Source: Myxococcales bacterium
GTDB taxonomy: Bacteria; Myxococcota_A; UBA9042
Length of the DNA stretch: 51,747 nucleotides
Assembly: GCA_947499075.1 (NCBI GenBank)
Contig: CANMNA010000004.1
Coordinates: 1-51,747 of the forward strand
Direction: 5' to 3'
The notes below the pieces were generated by a model. It made no database searches and had not been told where the DNA came from. It saw nothing but the letters and a program-made list of their open reading frames with translations. Below, piece by piece: positions 17,055 to 26,745 of this stretch. The translations under genes were made by a program, and so were the position numbers. Position 1 is the stretch's first letter. Every line of letters begins with the position of its first letter.

Positions 17055-18158
17055 CTACCACTCGTCCGCGGTCCACTCGCCTGGAACGGCGTGCAATCGG
17101 AAATCGGCGAGTTTGACCTGGAGCGGCAGGCGCTCCGCAAGCGCATCCGGCTGGTGAAACAACTCGCCGTCCATGGTGTAGGGCCCAGAAGTCCGCAGCA
17201 ACTCGGCGCTGTCCACATCGACAATGCCGCGCTGCGGGCGGTCGGCCATCATCGCCGGAATCAGCCGCACCAGCTCAGCCGGCGCCATGGCCTCGATGAC
17301 CCGCACCGAAAAGCCCGGTTGGTAGAGTTGGCGCCGAATCGCCCTAGCTGCGCCGATGGCCAGCGTCAGGTCGACCGTACATGCCGCGGCGCCCGTGTGA
17401 TCTGCAAAACTGCGGCCGTCGATCACCAATGGGGTGGTGTACGGGCCCAACTTCCATCCTTCGCGCTGCCACAACTCGCTGCCCAACAGCACGCCGCGGG
17501 TCAGCTCAGACATGAAGCGCAGCAGGCCGGCATAGCCCGCGCCGAAGCGCTCGTACAGCTCGATCGCGTGGTAGGCAACTTCAGAGCCAAACACGAAACC
17601 GAAGCGCGGCGGTGTCGGCTGGCCGAGGTACTGCCAAGACACCTCTAGCAACGGCAGTCGCCGCGCGGGCACCCGCGACACTGGCGCGTGGTCAAAGTAG
17701 CGCAGGAATTTTGCCAGCGTCTCGTGGGGCGGGCCATGAATCGCACACGTCCGGCCGACGATGTTGAGTGTGCCTCCATTGAGCAACAGCAAGCGCGGAG
17801 TGGGGGCATCGGCGGCGTGCTCTCCAAACAGCTCCCGCCGCAACCCAATGAGCGCATTGACGACGTGGTGCACCGTGCCGTCGCCGCCGACAATGCCCAG
17901 CACGTTGGCCGCTCGGGTACACAGCAGCGTGGTCAGCGCCCGGCGCAGCGACCCCAGATCATGGGTCTCTTCCCAGACGTGGGGCGCCGGCACGAGCTGA
18001 GCCAAGCGCGATCGGACACGGGCATTCTTGGTCCGGCCAGCCTTGGGATTGAGCAGCAACCCGATACGCACCGGCCGCGACGGCTGGTTGGCGGCCAACC
18101 ACTGGCCACTGGCCACGGCCAACTCGTCCTCGTTCGCGGTGCGGTGCACAGGTGCCAT
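17055..18158 (-). CDS. Diacylglycerol/sphingosine kinase family lipid kinase
   Basis: LLNPKAG, GGDGT, GGTLN and MDGE motifs. Confidence 0.85.
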   Translation of the reverse strand: MAPVHRTANEDELAVASGQWLAANQPSRPVRIGLLLNPKAGRTKNARVRSRLAQLVPAPHVWEETHDLGSLRRALTTLLCTRAANVLGIVGGDGTVHHVVNALIGLRRELFGEHAADAPTPRLLLLNGGTLNIVGRTCAIHGPPHETLAKFLRYFDHAPVSRVPARRLPLLEVSWQYLGQPTPPRFGFVFGSEVAYHAIELYERFGAGYAGLLRFMSELTRGVLLGSELWQREGWKLGPYTTPLVIDGRSFADHTGAAACTVDLTLAIGAARAIRRQLYQPGFSVRVIEAMAPAELVRLIPAMMADRPQRGIVDVDSAELLRTSGPYTMDGELFHQPDALAERLPLQVKLADFRLHAVPGEWTADEW

Positions 18159-18210
18159 GGCCGGCGACTGTGTGCGCCGGGCGTCTCGACCTGTCAACAG
18201 GCCCAGCGGC

Positions 18211-18384
18211 CCGCGATCCCCCGCTTTGAGCGCATCTCTGCGTCACTGCGTCGCTTCTCTCGCTGCGGCGTACCTGAGTACGCCTCGCTCTTTCAGTTCC
18301 TTGTTCCTTGTCGAGCGCAGCGAGCGACCCAGCACCGCGCATCTCAAATCGGGGGCCCCGGGAGATTTCTGTGGGGAATTTGGG
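18211..18384 (+). repeat. Dispersed ~150-bp hairpin element, copy 3 (28 nt replace a 4-nt segment)
   Basis: Same core as the other copies; TCGAGCGCAGCGAGCGACCCAGCACCGC replaces ATCY. Confidence 0.95.
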
Positions 18385-18569
18385 CGGTTACCTGCGCGGC
18401 ACCGCCAGCGGGCAACCGGGGTCCACAGGCAACAGGCTACCAGTCTGCGGATTGGCAGACCCTGAGCCAATCCTTGTCGGGCCGCGGTGGCCATGCTACG
18501 CTGCGAGACGATTGGCCCCGCGGCACCTCTTGCCGATCTGGGGCACATGCTAGGAGTGCCTTGGCGCCG

Positions 18570-20429
18570 ATGCTCAAGCTCGCAATTCAAGACTTTGAAG
18601 GTCGGACCCACTACGTCCCGCTCAAAGACGGCGAGTACAGCATCGGCCGCGACGATGCCAATCAAATTTGCCTGTCTGATCGCAATGTCTCACGGCAGCA
18701 CGCCCGGATTCTGGCGAAAAACAGCCAGATCTGGATTGAGAACGTCGCGGCGACCTACGGCACCCGGTTCAACAACTTGTTGCTGCGTGAGCGCACCGAG
18801 CTACAACCCGGCGATGTCATTGAGGTCGGCGACTACAAGCTTGAACTCGTCAATGAAGAAAAACGTGACACAGCGTTGCGTGAGTCCGGTGACAGCGGCC
18901 GCGACACCAAGCCGATGGCACCTGCAGCGGCGACGGCAGGCCAATCCAGCAAGGGCAAGGCGCCAGACGGTGCAACCGCGATCGTCAACTTGGCGGATAT
19001 TTCGGCCCTGCTCAACAAGGATCCGAGTTCGCCCAGTCAGGCGATTCCGGAGGCCTCGCAGCCGCGGCTGATCGTGGAGTCCGAGAATTTGCGCGGCCTT
19101 GAGCTGCGCATCACCAAGACCCCGGTTATCGTGGGGCGCGTGCGCGAGAATGCCGATCTCGTCATCGATCATCGGTCGATCTCCAAAGAACACGCCCGGT
19201 TGACCCGGCTATCCGACGGTACATGGCAAGTGCTCGATCTCGGCTCAGCCAACGGCATCAAGGTCAACGGCGAACCGTACAGCAAGTCCGAGATCCGCAG
19301 CGGCGATCGCGTCGAACTCGGCCACGTTTCCTTGCGCTTTCTGGCTGCGGGCGCAAAGGCCCCGTCTGGCTCGGTCGCGCCCGCGGCTGGCGGCAAGAAG
19401 GGCAATGGCGCCATGGTCCTAGGCATCGCCTTGGCTGGCGTGATTCTGATCGGCGTCATCGTCGCCGTTGTGATGCTGGCCTCCAAAAAGGACGGCGCAA
19501 CGCCAGACAAGCCCAAGCCTGACGCGCCAGGCAAAATCGACTCATCAGGCAAAGCCGAAGGCGACACGCCCGGCAAAGCCGAAGGCGACACGCCCGGCAA
19601 AGCCGAAGGCGACACGGCAGGTAAGGGCAAAGGCGCCGATCCGGAGGCAGCGAAGGGCGGCGACGCGGACAAATTGGCGGGCGAGAAGGCAGCAGGAGAC
19701 AAGGCCGCCGCAAACAAGGCCAACGGAGACAAAGCAGCGGCCGTAGCCAAGGTCGCTTCGACCGACGAAATGCTCGCGGCCATCGACGCCAAGCTCGCAG
19801 CGGGTCGGTACGAGGAAGCCCTGCCGATGCTCGAGGCGCTCAAGGTCCAGAACCAGGGCAACGCCCGGATTGCCGCCAAGTACGCCGAAGTGACCAAGCT
19901 GGTCGCGCTCAAGCGCAAGCTCGATCAATCTGAAAAATTCCTGGAAACCGACGCGACCAAGGCGCTCGACTTGGCGATCGATGTGCAGACGGGCGCTCCT
20001 GAGGGCTCTCCACTTCAGGACGGTGCCAAGTCGATCGTTGAGGTCGCCAAGAAGATTCTCAAGGGCGGCAAGGCTCCCAAGGCCGCTCAGCCAAAGGGTG
20101 AGCCGAAAGGTGAGCCGAAGCAGGTCGACCCCAAGCCGGGCAAGGTCAAAGTCGATCCACCCAAGGTAGAGCCGCCCAAAGCTGAAGGCAAGACGCCCAA
20201 GGAACTGTACGATGACGCCCGCGAAGCACTCGGCGCGTCGGATTGGGAGCGCGCGATCGCCAGCGCCAAGCAGGCGCTCAAGCAGGGCTTCAAGAAGGCC
20301 AACACCGTGCTGGCCAAGGCGTATTGGGGCAAAGGCGACAAGGGCAATTGCTTCAAGTACGCGCAGGCTGCCATTGACGCCGGCTTTGACGACGCCTCGA
20401 TGCAAGGCTTGGTCAACAAGTGCCAGTAA
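18570..20429 (+). CDS. Double-FHA membrane protein with a low-complexity linker and TPR-like C-terminus
   Basis: Two FHA domains (IGRD..NVSRQHA; VGRV..SISKEHA..DLGSANG), TM helix MVLGIALAGVILIGVIVAVV, helical repeats. Confidence 0.85.
   Translation: MLKLAIQDFEGRTHYVPLKDGEYSIGRDDANQICLSDRNVSRQHARILAKNSQIWIENVAATYGTRFNNLLLRERTELQPGDVIEVGDYKLELVNEEKRDTALRESGDSGRDTKPMAPAAATAGQSSKGKAPDGATAIVNLADISALLNKDPSSPSQAIPEASQPRLIVESENLRGLELRITKTPVIVGRVRENADLVIDHRSISKEHARLTRLSDGTWQVLDLGSANGIKVNGEPYSKSEIRSGDRVELGHVSLRFLAAGAKAPSGSVAPAAGGKKGNGAMVLGIALAGVILIGVIVAVVMLASKKDGATPDKPKPDAPGKIDSSGKAEGDTPGKAEGDTPGKAEGDTAGKGKGADPEAAKGGDADKLAGEKAAGDKAAANKANGDKAAAVAKVASTDEMLAAIDAKLAAGRYEEALPMLEALKVQNQGNARIAAKYAEVTKLVALKRKLDQSEKFLETDATKALDLAIDVQTGAPEGSPLQDGAKSIVEVAKKILKGGKAPKAAQPKGEPKGEPKQVDPKPGKVKVDPPKVEPPKAEGKTPKELYDDAREALGASDWERAIASAKQALKQGFKKANTVLAKAYWGKGDKGNCFKYAQAAIDAGFDDASMQGLVNKCQ
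19548..19619 (+). repeat. Coding tandem repeat, 24 bp x3 (GKAEGDTP)
   Basis: GGCAAAGCCGAAGGCGACACGCCC repeated; the last unit diverges. Confidence 0.9.
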
Positions 20430-20497
20430 ACGCGGTTGAAGCCAGTAAACGCGGTTGAAGCCAGTAAACGCGGTTGAAGCCAGTAGGCGCGGTTGAA
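20422..20497 (+). repeat. Tandem repeat, 19 bp x4 (GCCAGTAAACGCGGTTGAA), overlapping the FHA gene stop codon
   Basis: Three identical units plus one with AA->GG; no spacers. Confidence 0.95.
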
Positions 20498-20560
20498 CAG
20501 CACCGGTAACAGATCAGCCCAAGTCAGCCCGTGGCCCAGCGTCGCCGGCCGAATGTGGCC

Positions 20561-21544
20561 ATGATGCAGCAGGCTTTGGCAGCGGCGTGGCGCCAATGGG
20601 CCGGTCCGCTGTTTCGGCGTAGTGTGCGCAACCTTGCGATGATTCTAGGGTTGATCGCGCTGGTTTTCTGCGCAGTGCGCCTAGCGCCTGGAGATCCCGT
20701 CGACCACCTGCTGGGTGAGCAAGCAACGGTGGCAGAGCGTGCAGCCCTGCGGCACCGCCTGCACCTCGATGGGCCGCTGCACCGGCAATTTGGCCAGATG
20801 GTGGTCGAGATCGCCGATGGCACCTTGGGCACCTCCTATGCGGTCGCCGGCCAGCCTGTAGCAGTTAGTGCGCTGATTTGGAAGCGATTTCCGAGTACAG
20901 CTGCTCTGGCGCTCACGGCGCTGGCGATTGCAGTGACCTTGGCGCTACCGTTGGGCATCGCCGGGGCGCGGCACGCAAATCGCTGGCCGGACCACATGGG
21001 GCGACTGACGGCGCTTTTCGCAGTGTCGACGCCGGCGTTTGTCAGCGGTCCACTGGCGCTGCTCGTGTTCGCGGTGGCGTTGCGTTGGGCGCCAACGCCG
21101 GCCCACGAGGCGTCAGAACTGGCCTCGCTGGCACTACCGGCGGCGGTCATTGGCTTTGCGTTGTCGGGACGACTGGCACGGCTGCTGCGGGCCTCTCTGC
21201 TAGAGACCCTGGCTTCGGACATGGCGCTGGCGTGGCGGGCCCGCGGCGCATCGGAGCGGCGAGTTCTGTGGCGGCATGCCTTGCCTAACGCGATCTTGCC
21301 TGTGCTGACCTTGCTGGGCCTGCAACTCGCAGCGCTGTTAGGTGGCGCGCTGGTGACCGAAAAAGTGTTTGGACGCAAAGGCTTGGGCACGCTGCTGCTC
21401 GACGGTGTGGCGACGCGCGACTACGCAGTCGTGCAAGGGTGTGTGCTCGTGATCGCCGCGCTGTACATCGTGGCCTCGGCCGTGACGCAATGGACGGCCC
21501 GGCGCCTGGATCCGCGGCTGTCGCTGCCCGCAGTCGAGGCCTGA
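20561..21544 (+). CDS. Peptide/nickel ABC transporter permease (DppB/OppB-like)
   Basis: LAPGDP, RARGASERRVLWRHALPNA (EAA-like loop), TEKVF..GLG, RDYAVVQG, LDPR. Confidence 0.88.
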   Translation: MMQQALAAAWRQWAGPLFRRSVRNLAMILGLIALVFCAVRLAPGDPVDHLLGEQATVAERAALRHRLHLDGPLHRQFGQMVVEIADGTLGTSYAVAGQPVAVSALIWKRFPSTAALALTALAIAVTLALPLGIAGARHANRWPDHMGRLTALFAVSTPAFVSGPLALLVFAVALRWAPTPAHEASELASLALPAAVIGFALSGRLARLLRASLLETLASDMALAWRARGASERRVLWRHALPNAILPVLTLLGLQLAALLGGALVTEKVFGRKGLGTLLLDGVATRDYAVVQGCVLVIAALYIVASAVTQWTARRLDPRLSLPAVEA

Positions 21545-21547
21545 CCG

Positions 21548-22381
21548 ATGGCGGCGCCATGGCGGCAGCCCAGTTTTCGGTTTGGCGCCGGCTTGCTGGC
21601 CACCATTGCGTTAGTGGCCGCGTTTGGACCCTTGGTCCATGTCGGCACAGCTGGTCAGATGCTGGCGCCGCCAAGCTGGCAGCACTGGCTAGGCACTGAC
21701 GACGAAGGTCTAGACATTGCGACCCAGATCATCGCTGGCTCGCGGCTGGCATTGGTGGTCGGCGTGGGCTTCGCAACGCTGTCAGTCGGACTCGGCCTAG
21801 CACTGGGCACTTTGGCCGGCTATTTTGGGGGAGTGCCCGACTTGGTGATCAGCTGGGTGGCTGACTTGCTGCTGTGCTTTCCCGGCGTGTTGCTCGCGCT
21901 GCTCGTCGTGTTTGTCACCGATCGCGCAGGCGTGACAACTCTGGTCGTGACGCTGGCCGCCACCGGCTGGGCGGGGCACGCCCGCTTGGCACGCGCGCTG
22001 GCCGACAAGGCGCGGCAGACCGATGCGGTAGTCGCGGCGCGCTGCCTGGGAGCGAGCCACTGGCACGTCATTTGGTACTACGTGCTGCCGGACTTGGCGG
22101 GACCATTGCTGGTGCAAGGTACGCTGGCAGTGGCGACGGGTGTGTTGGCCGAGGCCAGCTTGAGCTTCTTGGGCTTGGGTCCGCAGGGGACGGCGTCGTG
22201 GGGCGCCATGCTGGAGCAGGGCGCGGCGTTGGTGCTGCGGGCCCCCCTATTGTTGCTTGCGGCGAGTGGCGCACTGCTGGCTTTGGTCACCGCCGTCAAC
22301 ATGATGGGCGATGGGCTGCGCGACGCTCTCGACCCGCGATCACCCGGCGCCAGCGGGAGTCGCTCTACAGGATCGCCATGA
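21548..22381 (+). CDS. Peptide ABC transporter permease (DppC/OppC-like)
   Basis: APPSWQHWLGTD, AARCLGAS, EASLSFLGLG, GDGLRDALDPR. Confidence 0.9.
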   Translation: MAAPWRQPSFRFGAGLLATIALVAAFGPLVHVGTAGQMLAPPSWQHWLGTDDEGLDIATQIIAGSRLALVVGVGFATLSVGLGLALGTLAGYFGGVPDLVISWVADLLLCFPGVLLALLVVFVTDRAGVTTLVVTLAATGWAGHARLARALADKARQTDAVVAARCLGASHWHVIWYYVLPDLAGPLLVQGTLAVATGVLAEASLSFLGLGPQGTASWGAMLEQGAALVLRAPLLLLAASGALLALVTAVNMMGDGLRDALDPRSPGASGSRSTGSP

Positions 22382-22625
22382 CCCGAGGTCATGGCGTTGC
22401 CTGTCACGCCTGCTGGCTTGTGCGCTTGGTGGCTCGCAAGCTCGTGCCTGCGGCGACTCGCCGCTCCTTGGTCGCAGCACGCTGTGATCTCATCTCAAGG
22501 CGTCTCTGTAGAGTGCCAGCGCTGTGGGACAGCTTGCTCGCAGTGCCGTTTTTTTCGCAAGGTCTGCTCTTTGGCGGCACAATGCGCCACAGCGGCCGCT
22601 CGACCGTGGTGAAGTGGGTGAAGTC

Positions 22626-23777
22626 ATGGATGTGTTGACCAAGGCCACCCAGGGTCCGGTGGATGCTGCGCAAGCTGCAGATCTGGCGCTTGAGCTCTTC
22701 GTAGTCGGCTACGAAGGCGACAGCGTGCCAGCCGATTATGCCGACATGCTGCGGCGCGGCCTGAGTGGCGCCATCTTGTTTCGCCGCAATTTTGACTACG
22801 ACGCGGCGGGCACCGTTGATCTTGACCAAGTCTGTGCCCATACGCAGGCAATTCACGCCTGCGCTGCGCAGCAGCCCAGTGGTCTGCCGGTGGTCTGCTC
22901 GGTCGACCAAGAGGGCGGCGCGGTGGCGCGGCTCAAGGCACCGTTTTCGCTGTGGCCACCGATGCGCCGGCTGGGCGAGCGCGGCGACGTCGATTTGATC
23001 ACCCAGGTCGGTCACCAATTGGGCCGCGAGCTGCACGCCGCGGGCTTCAACGTCGACTACGCGCCCATCCTTGATGTCGATACCAACCCGAACAACCCGA
23101 TCATCGGCGATCGGTCGTTTAGCCGCGATCCGCACGAGGTGGCCCGCATGGCGGGTGCGCTGCTGCGCGGCATGCAGGCGGAGGGCGTACTGGGCTGCGG
23201 TAAGCACTTTCCGGGTCACGGCGACACCGACGTCGACAGCCACCTGGACTTGCCGGTGTTGCCCCACGACCTGCAGCGGTTGCAAGCGATTGAGCTGGTT
23301 CCGTTTACCGCGCTTGCGCCTCAACTGCAGCTGGTGATGACAGCGCACGTCCTCTTTCCGGCGATCGATCCCGACTGGCCGGCCACGCTGGCGCCGCAGA
23401 TCCTGGGGCCACTGTTGCGCGTCGCATGTGGCTATCGCGGCGTGATAGTCAGCGACGACTTGGAAATGCAGGGCATCGCCAAAGTGTTGGGCAGCGGAGC
23501 TTGCGTGCGGCGCGGGCTGCAAGCCGGCGTAGATTTGTTCTTGGTGTGCAAGCGACGCGACACACTAGAGCAAGCTTGGCGGGCGGCGACGTCAATCCTT
23601 CAGGAAGATCCCGACAGCGCTGTGCGCGCGCGGGCCCTGGACGCGATTGGCCGCAACCGAGCAATGCGGCAGCAGTTGCGGCCGTGTTCCCCCGATGCGA
23701 GCAAGCTGCGTACCGTGCTGGCCGACGCGCAGACAGCGCGCTTGCGCGAGCGGGTGTGGGCTGGCACGCTTGGCTGA
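22626..23777 (+). CDS. nagZ: Beta-N-acetylhexosaminidase (GH3)
   Basis: DQEGG, the NagZ signature KHFPGHGDTDVDSH, and SDDLEM. Confidence 0.92.
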   Translation: MDVLTKATQGPVDAAQAADLALELFVVGYEGDSVPADYADMLRRGLSGAILFRRNFDYDAAGTVDLDQVCAHTQAIHACAAQQPSGLPVVCSVDQEGGAVARLKAPFSLWPPMRRLGERGDVDLITQVGHQLGRELHAAGFNVDYAPILDVDTNPNNPIIGDRSFSRDPHEVARMAGALLRGMQAEGVLGCGKHFPGHGDTDVDSHLDLPVLPHDLQRLQAIELVPFTALAPQLQLVMTAHVLFPAIDPDWPATLAPQILGPLLRVACGYRGVIVSDDLEMQGIAKVLGSGACVRRGLQAGVDLFLVCKRRDTLEQAWRAATSILQEDPDSAVRARALDAIGRNRAMRQQLRPCSPDASKLRTVLADAQTARLRERVWAGTLG

Positions 23778-23932
23778 CCGGCCTGTAGTGGGCACTGGGT
23801 CGCACAGGCTACCAAAGCGGATGGCAACATCTCTTGCGATCAGACAATTGCCGCCGCGCCCCCGTCTGACCCCAACCGGGCAGTTGTAACCCACTTCTTC
23901 CTGTAGACCAGCAACCCTGGAGCACCCACCTG

Positions 23933-26095
23933 ATGACCACCCCCAAGCTACCATCCTGTGTCCACGCGCTGACCTGCGCGTTGCTGGCCTTGACGCTGGC
24001 GATCGGCTGCAAGGCTCAGCCAGCGCCGCAACATGGCGCCACACCTACAGCCATGCCAACGGTTGCTGGCGCGCCCAAGACACTGTCCCCAGCCTCTGAA
24101 GAGCTCGTCGCCGACAGCACCCCTGGCGCAGCGGGGGCACTACCAGCGGGCCGACCCAGGCCAGCAGACCACCGAGGCAGTTCCGATGGTGATGACGCGG
24201 GCGACGATCTGGCCGCCGAAGCCGGTGAAGAGGACGAACGCGACTACTGGAAAGGCGTACGGTTTGATGTGACCAACTTCGATGAAGTCCTCGATTACGT
24301 CGACGTCCACTACATCGACCCCAAGCCCGATCGCCACATGGCGTGGGTGGAGGCATCCAACTTCGCGCTGCTGAGCCTGGAGCCCGGAGAGGAGCTGTTG
24401 CCGGAAGCTTTCTTCAAAGCCCGCGCTGGAACGCCAGCCGAAGAAGGGCGTCTCGATGGCAAGTCTGAGGCGTTTCAGTGCAAAGGCCTGCAGCTGGGAG
24501 GCGTTGTGCTGCACCATGTGCCTGCTGACGATTACCTCAAGGCCAAGCGTCCGGTCCGCAGGAAGGGCCGGTTGTCCGATGACGAGGTCAACACGCTACG
24601 CGAACGGTCCAAAGCACGCACACAGGCCTACCACGCGACATGGTCAGCGGTCACGTTTGATCGGCCACAGTTTGACTGCGTGATGGCCTACGTGGCACAG
24701 CGCATCAAGCAAATCAACGTGGAAGCCAAAGCCAAGAAAGCAGCCACCAAGCCGACTCAGGTGGCATCGGCAGAGAAGGTGCCGGCAGGGGCTGAGCCCT
24801 CTGTGCCAGTCAACCTGGAGGGACCGCGCCCGCCAGAGCCCAAGCCTGATCCGGCGAGTCCACAGACTGGCAAGGCGGAATCCGAAAAACCAAGGCCGCC
24901 GCAAGACTTGAATCGGGCTTGGGAGTCAGCAGCGTCTGGCTTTCTCTATGCGCTGGACCCGCACTCGTCGATCATCCCGCGCAAAGCTTGGGACGACTCA
25001 ACGGACAAGACTCAAGATTCGAGCTTTGAAGGAATTGGCGCAGTGCTGACCCAGCGCGACGATCAGACCATCGTCGAGAACCCGATGGAGGGTAAACCAG
25101 CGTGGCGCGCGGGGGTGCGGGCGGGCGACGTGATCCAGAAAGTCGATGGCACCGACGTGACCGGGTTGGCGCTGAACAAGGTCGTCAAGATGATCCGTGG
25201 CCCGCGGGCGACGCAAGTCAAGCTGACCATCACGCGTGAGAGTGAACCGGACCCGCGCGAGTACGCGATCACCCGCGAGAACATCGAGATCAAAAATGTC
25301 GACGGCAAGCTAGTGCCGGACTATCCGGGCGTGGCGGTTGTCAAAATGACCGGATTTATCCCGAACAGTACCAAGGATTTGCGCTCCATGATCGACAGGC
25401 TGGCCAAGCAGGCGCCGGACGGCAAGCTCCGTGGCCTGATCCTAGATTTGCGCGGCAATTCCGGCGGCTTGCTCAACAAGGCCATTGAAATCGCCGACGC
25501 CTTTCTAGCAGGAGGCAGGGTGGTCAGCGTGCGCAGCCGCGGCAAGGACGAAGAGGTGCACAATGCCGCGTATGCCGCGAGCGACTACAGCTTCCCGCTG
25601 GTCGTGCTGGTCAACGACGGGTCGGCGTCCGCTTCGGAGATCGTGGCCTCAGCACTCCAGGATGCCGGCCGTGGCCTTGTCATCGGCCAGCGCACCTTTG
25701 GCAAGGCCAGCGTGCAGACACTGTACGAGCCAAGCCTGCATTACGATTACTACATCAAGCTCACGGTTGCCCGCTACTACGCACCGTCGGGCTACACCCT
25801 TCAAGTCATCGGCGTGCAACCCGATATCGAAATCGCCCCACATGTCGATGGCAAGATGCCGGTCGGGTTCCGCGAGGAGAACTTGAACAACCACCTGGTT
25901 CCGTTGCAAGGCCGCGTGCCCTCGCCTTGGGCTACCGAGTTGCCGGAACTGAGCAAGTGCGCTAGAGAGCAGAGTCAGGCTGACAAGATCGCCAAGCGCG
26001 ACCCCAAGCCGCAGATTCAGCCCGATTACCAATTGTTGCGTGCGGCGGACTACATCGGTTGCCTCGCTTTGCGCCCCAAGGCGACGGCCAAATAG
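23933..26095 (+). CDS. S41 carboxyl-terminal processing protease (PDZ), lipoprotein with a long N-terminal extension
   Basis: Lipobox LAIGC; LDPHS, FEGIGA (PDZ), LDLRGNSGG, SASASEIV, TFGKASVQ. Confidence 0.92.
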   Translation: MTTPKLPSCVHALTCALLALTLAIGCKAQPAPQHGATPTAMPTVAGAPKTLSPASEELVADSTPGAAGALPAGRPRPADHRGSSDGDDAGDDLAAEAGEEDERDYWKGVRFDVTNFDEVLDYVDVHYIDPKPDRHMAWVEASNFALLSLEPGEELLPEAFFKARAGTPAEEGRLDGKSEAFQCKGLQLGGVVLHHVPADDYLKAKRPVRRKGRLSDDEVNTLRERSKARTQAYHATWSAVTFDRPQFDCVMAYVAQRIKQINVEAKAKKAATKPTQVASAEKVPAGAEPSVPVNLEGPRPPEPKPDPASPQTGKAESEKPRPPQDLNRAWESAASGFLYALDPHSSIIPRKAWDDSTDKTQDSSFEGIGAVLTQRDDQTIVENPMEGKPAWRAGVRAGDVIQKVDGTDVTGLALNKVVKMIRGPRATQVKLTITRESEPDPREYAITRENIEIKNVDGKLVPDYPGVAVVKMTGFIPNSTKDLRSMIDRLAKQAPDGKLRGLILDLRGNSGGLLNKAIEIADAFLAGGRVVSVRSRGKDEEVHNAAYAASDYSFPLVVLVNDGSASASEIVASALQDAGRGLVIGQRTFGKASVQTLYEPSLHYDYYIKLTVARYYAPSGYTLQVIGVQPDIEIAPHVDGKMPVGFREENLNNHLVPLQGRVPSPWATELPELSKCAREQSQADKIAKRDPKPQIQPDYQLLRAADYIGCLALRPKATAK

Positions 26096-26118
26096 CCGAC
26101 GCGCCCCCAAGGACCCAA

Positions 26119-26721
26119 GTGACCGACATCGCCGTACCCGAAGCCACAAGCGCTGAAGCTGCCCTGCCCTCTACCGCTGTTGCACCCGAGGTCACAGCCC
26201 TGCAGGCCGCAGTTGCTGCGTTGACAGAGCGTGTGACCGCCCTGGAAGCGCGCCTTGCCGGTAGCGCGGTTGCTGCCGCACCGGTTGCAGCAGTTGCTGC
26301 ATCGGCGGTGGCCGCGACTGCAAGCACCGACGGCATCACGGAGATCAAGGGCCTGCTCGAGTCCCTGTTCGTGGTCGCGCTGAACACCGAAATTACCAAC
26401 CACGAAGTCTTTGACGCCCAGTTCGAAGTCTTCAAGACTCTGGTTCACCACGACCGGCAAGGCTCGCCTCTGCTCGACACTGACTTGCGCCGCTACAAGT
26501 TTGCCCCATTTGTCGGTCGGGCCCGCGACTACTTGACCGACGCCGCCCGACCAGGGTCGTTTCAACTCGAGCGCGTGCTCCCCGACGTCATTGAGCCGCG
26601 CACGGAGTCTGTCAAGGTCCACGTCTTCGTGCGCAACGGTCGGCGCATGAGCCCGCCGATCAGCTTTCGACGCGATTCGCACTGCGGCGGAGCGTTCCGA
26701 ATCGAAAACTCTTCGCTGTAG
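26119..26721 (+). CDS. Hypothetical protein (Ala-rich coiled N-terminus, globular C-terminal domain)
   Basis: GTG start after AAGGA; co-oriented right after the protease; C-terminus VKVHVFV...SPPISFRRD...FRIENSSL. Confidence 0.65.
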   Translation: MTDIAVPEATSAEAALPSTAVAPEVTALQAAVAALTERVTALEARLAGSAVAAAPVAAVAASAVAATASTDGITEIKGLLESLFVVALNTEITNHEVFDAQFEVFKTLVHHDRQGSPLLDTDLRRYKFAPFVGRARDYLTDAARPGSFQLERVLPDVIEPRTESVKVHVFVRNGRRMSPPISFRRDSHCGGAFRIENSSL

Positions 26722-26745
26722 ACCGACAGCGCTCGCGCTTCGCCC

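Noticed and set aside
16639-17224. Recurrent short ORFs containing PRFERISASLRRFSRCG or RRSERSDAVTQRCAQSGG
   Set aside because: These are translations of the non-coding repeat; frames, starts and indels differ between copies.
17688-18569. N-terminal 294 codons of the 913-aa ORF
   Set aside because: Antisense to the DAGK gene and crosses repeat copy 3; the FHA domain starts at 18570.
20422-20497. Possible CRISPR array (also considered 7251-7307 and 27313-27379)
   Set aside because: Units are head-to-tail with no spacers, are only 15-19 bp, and there are no cas genes.
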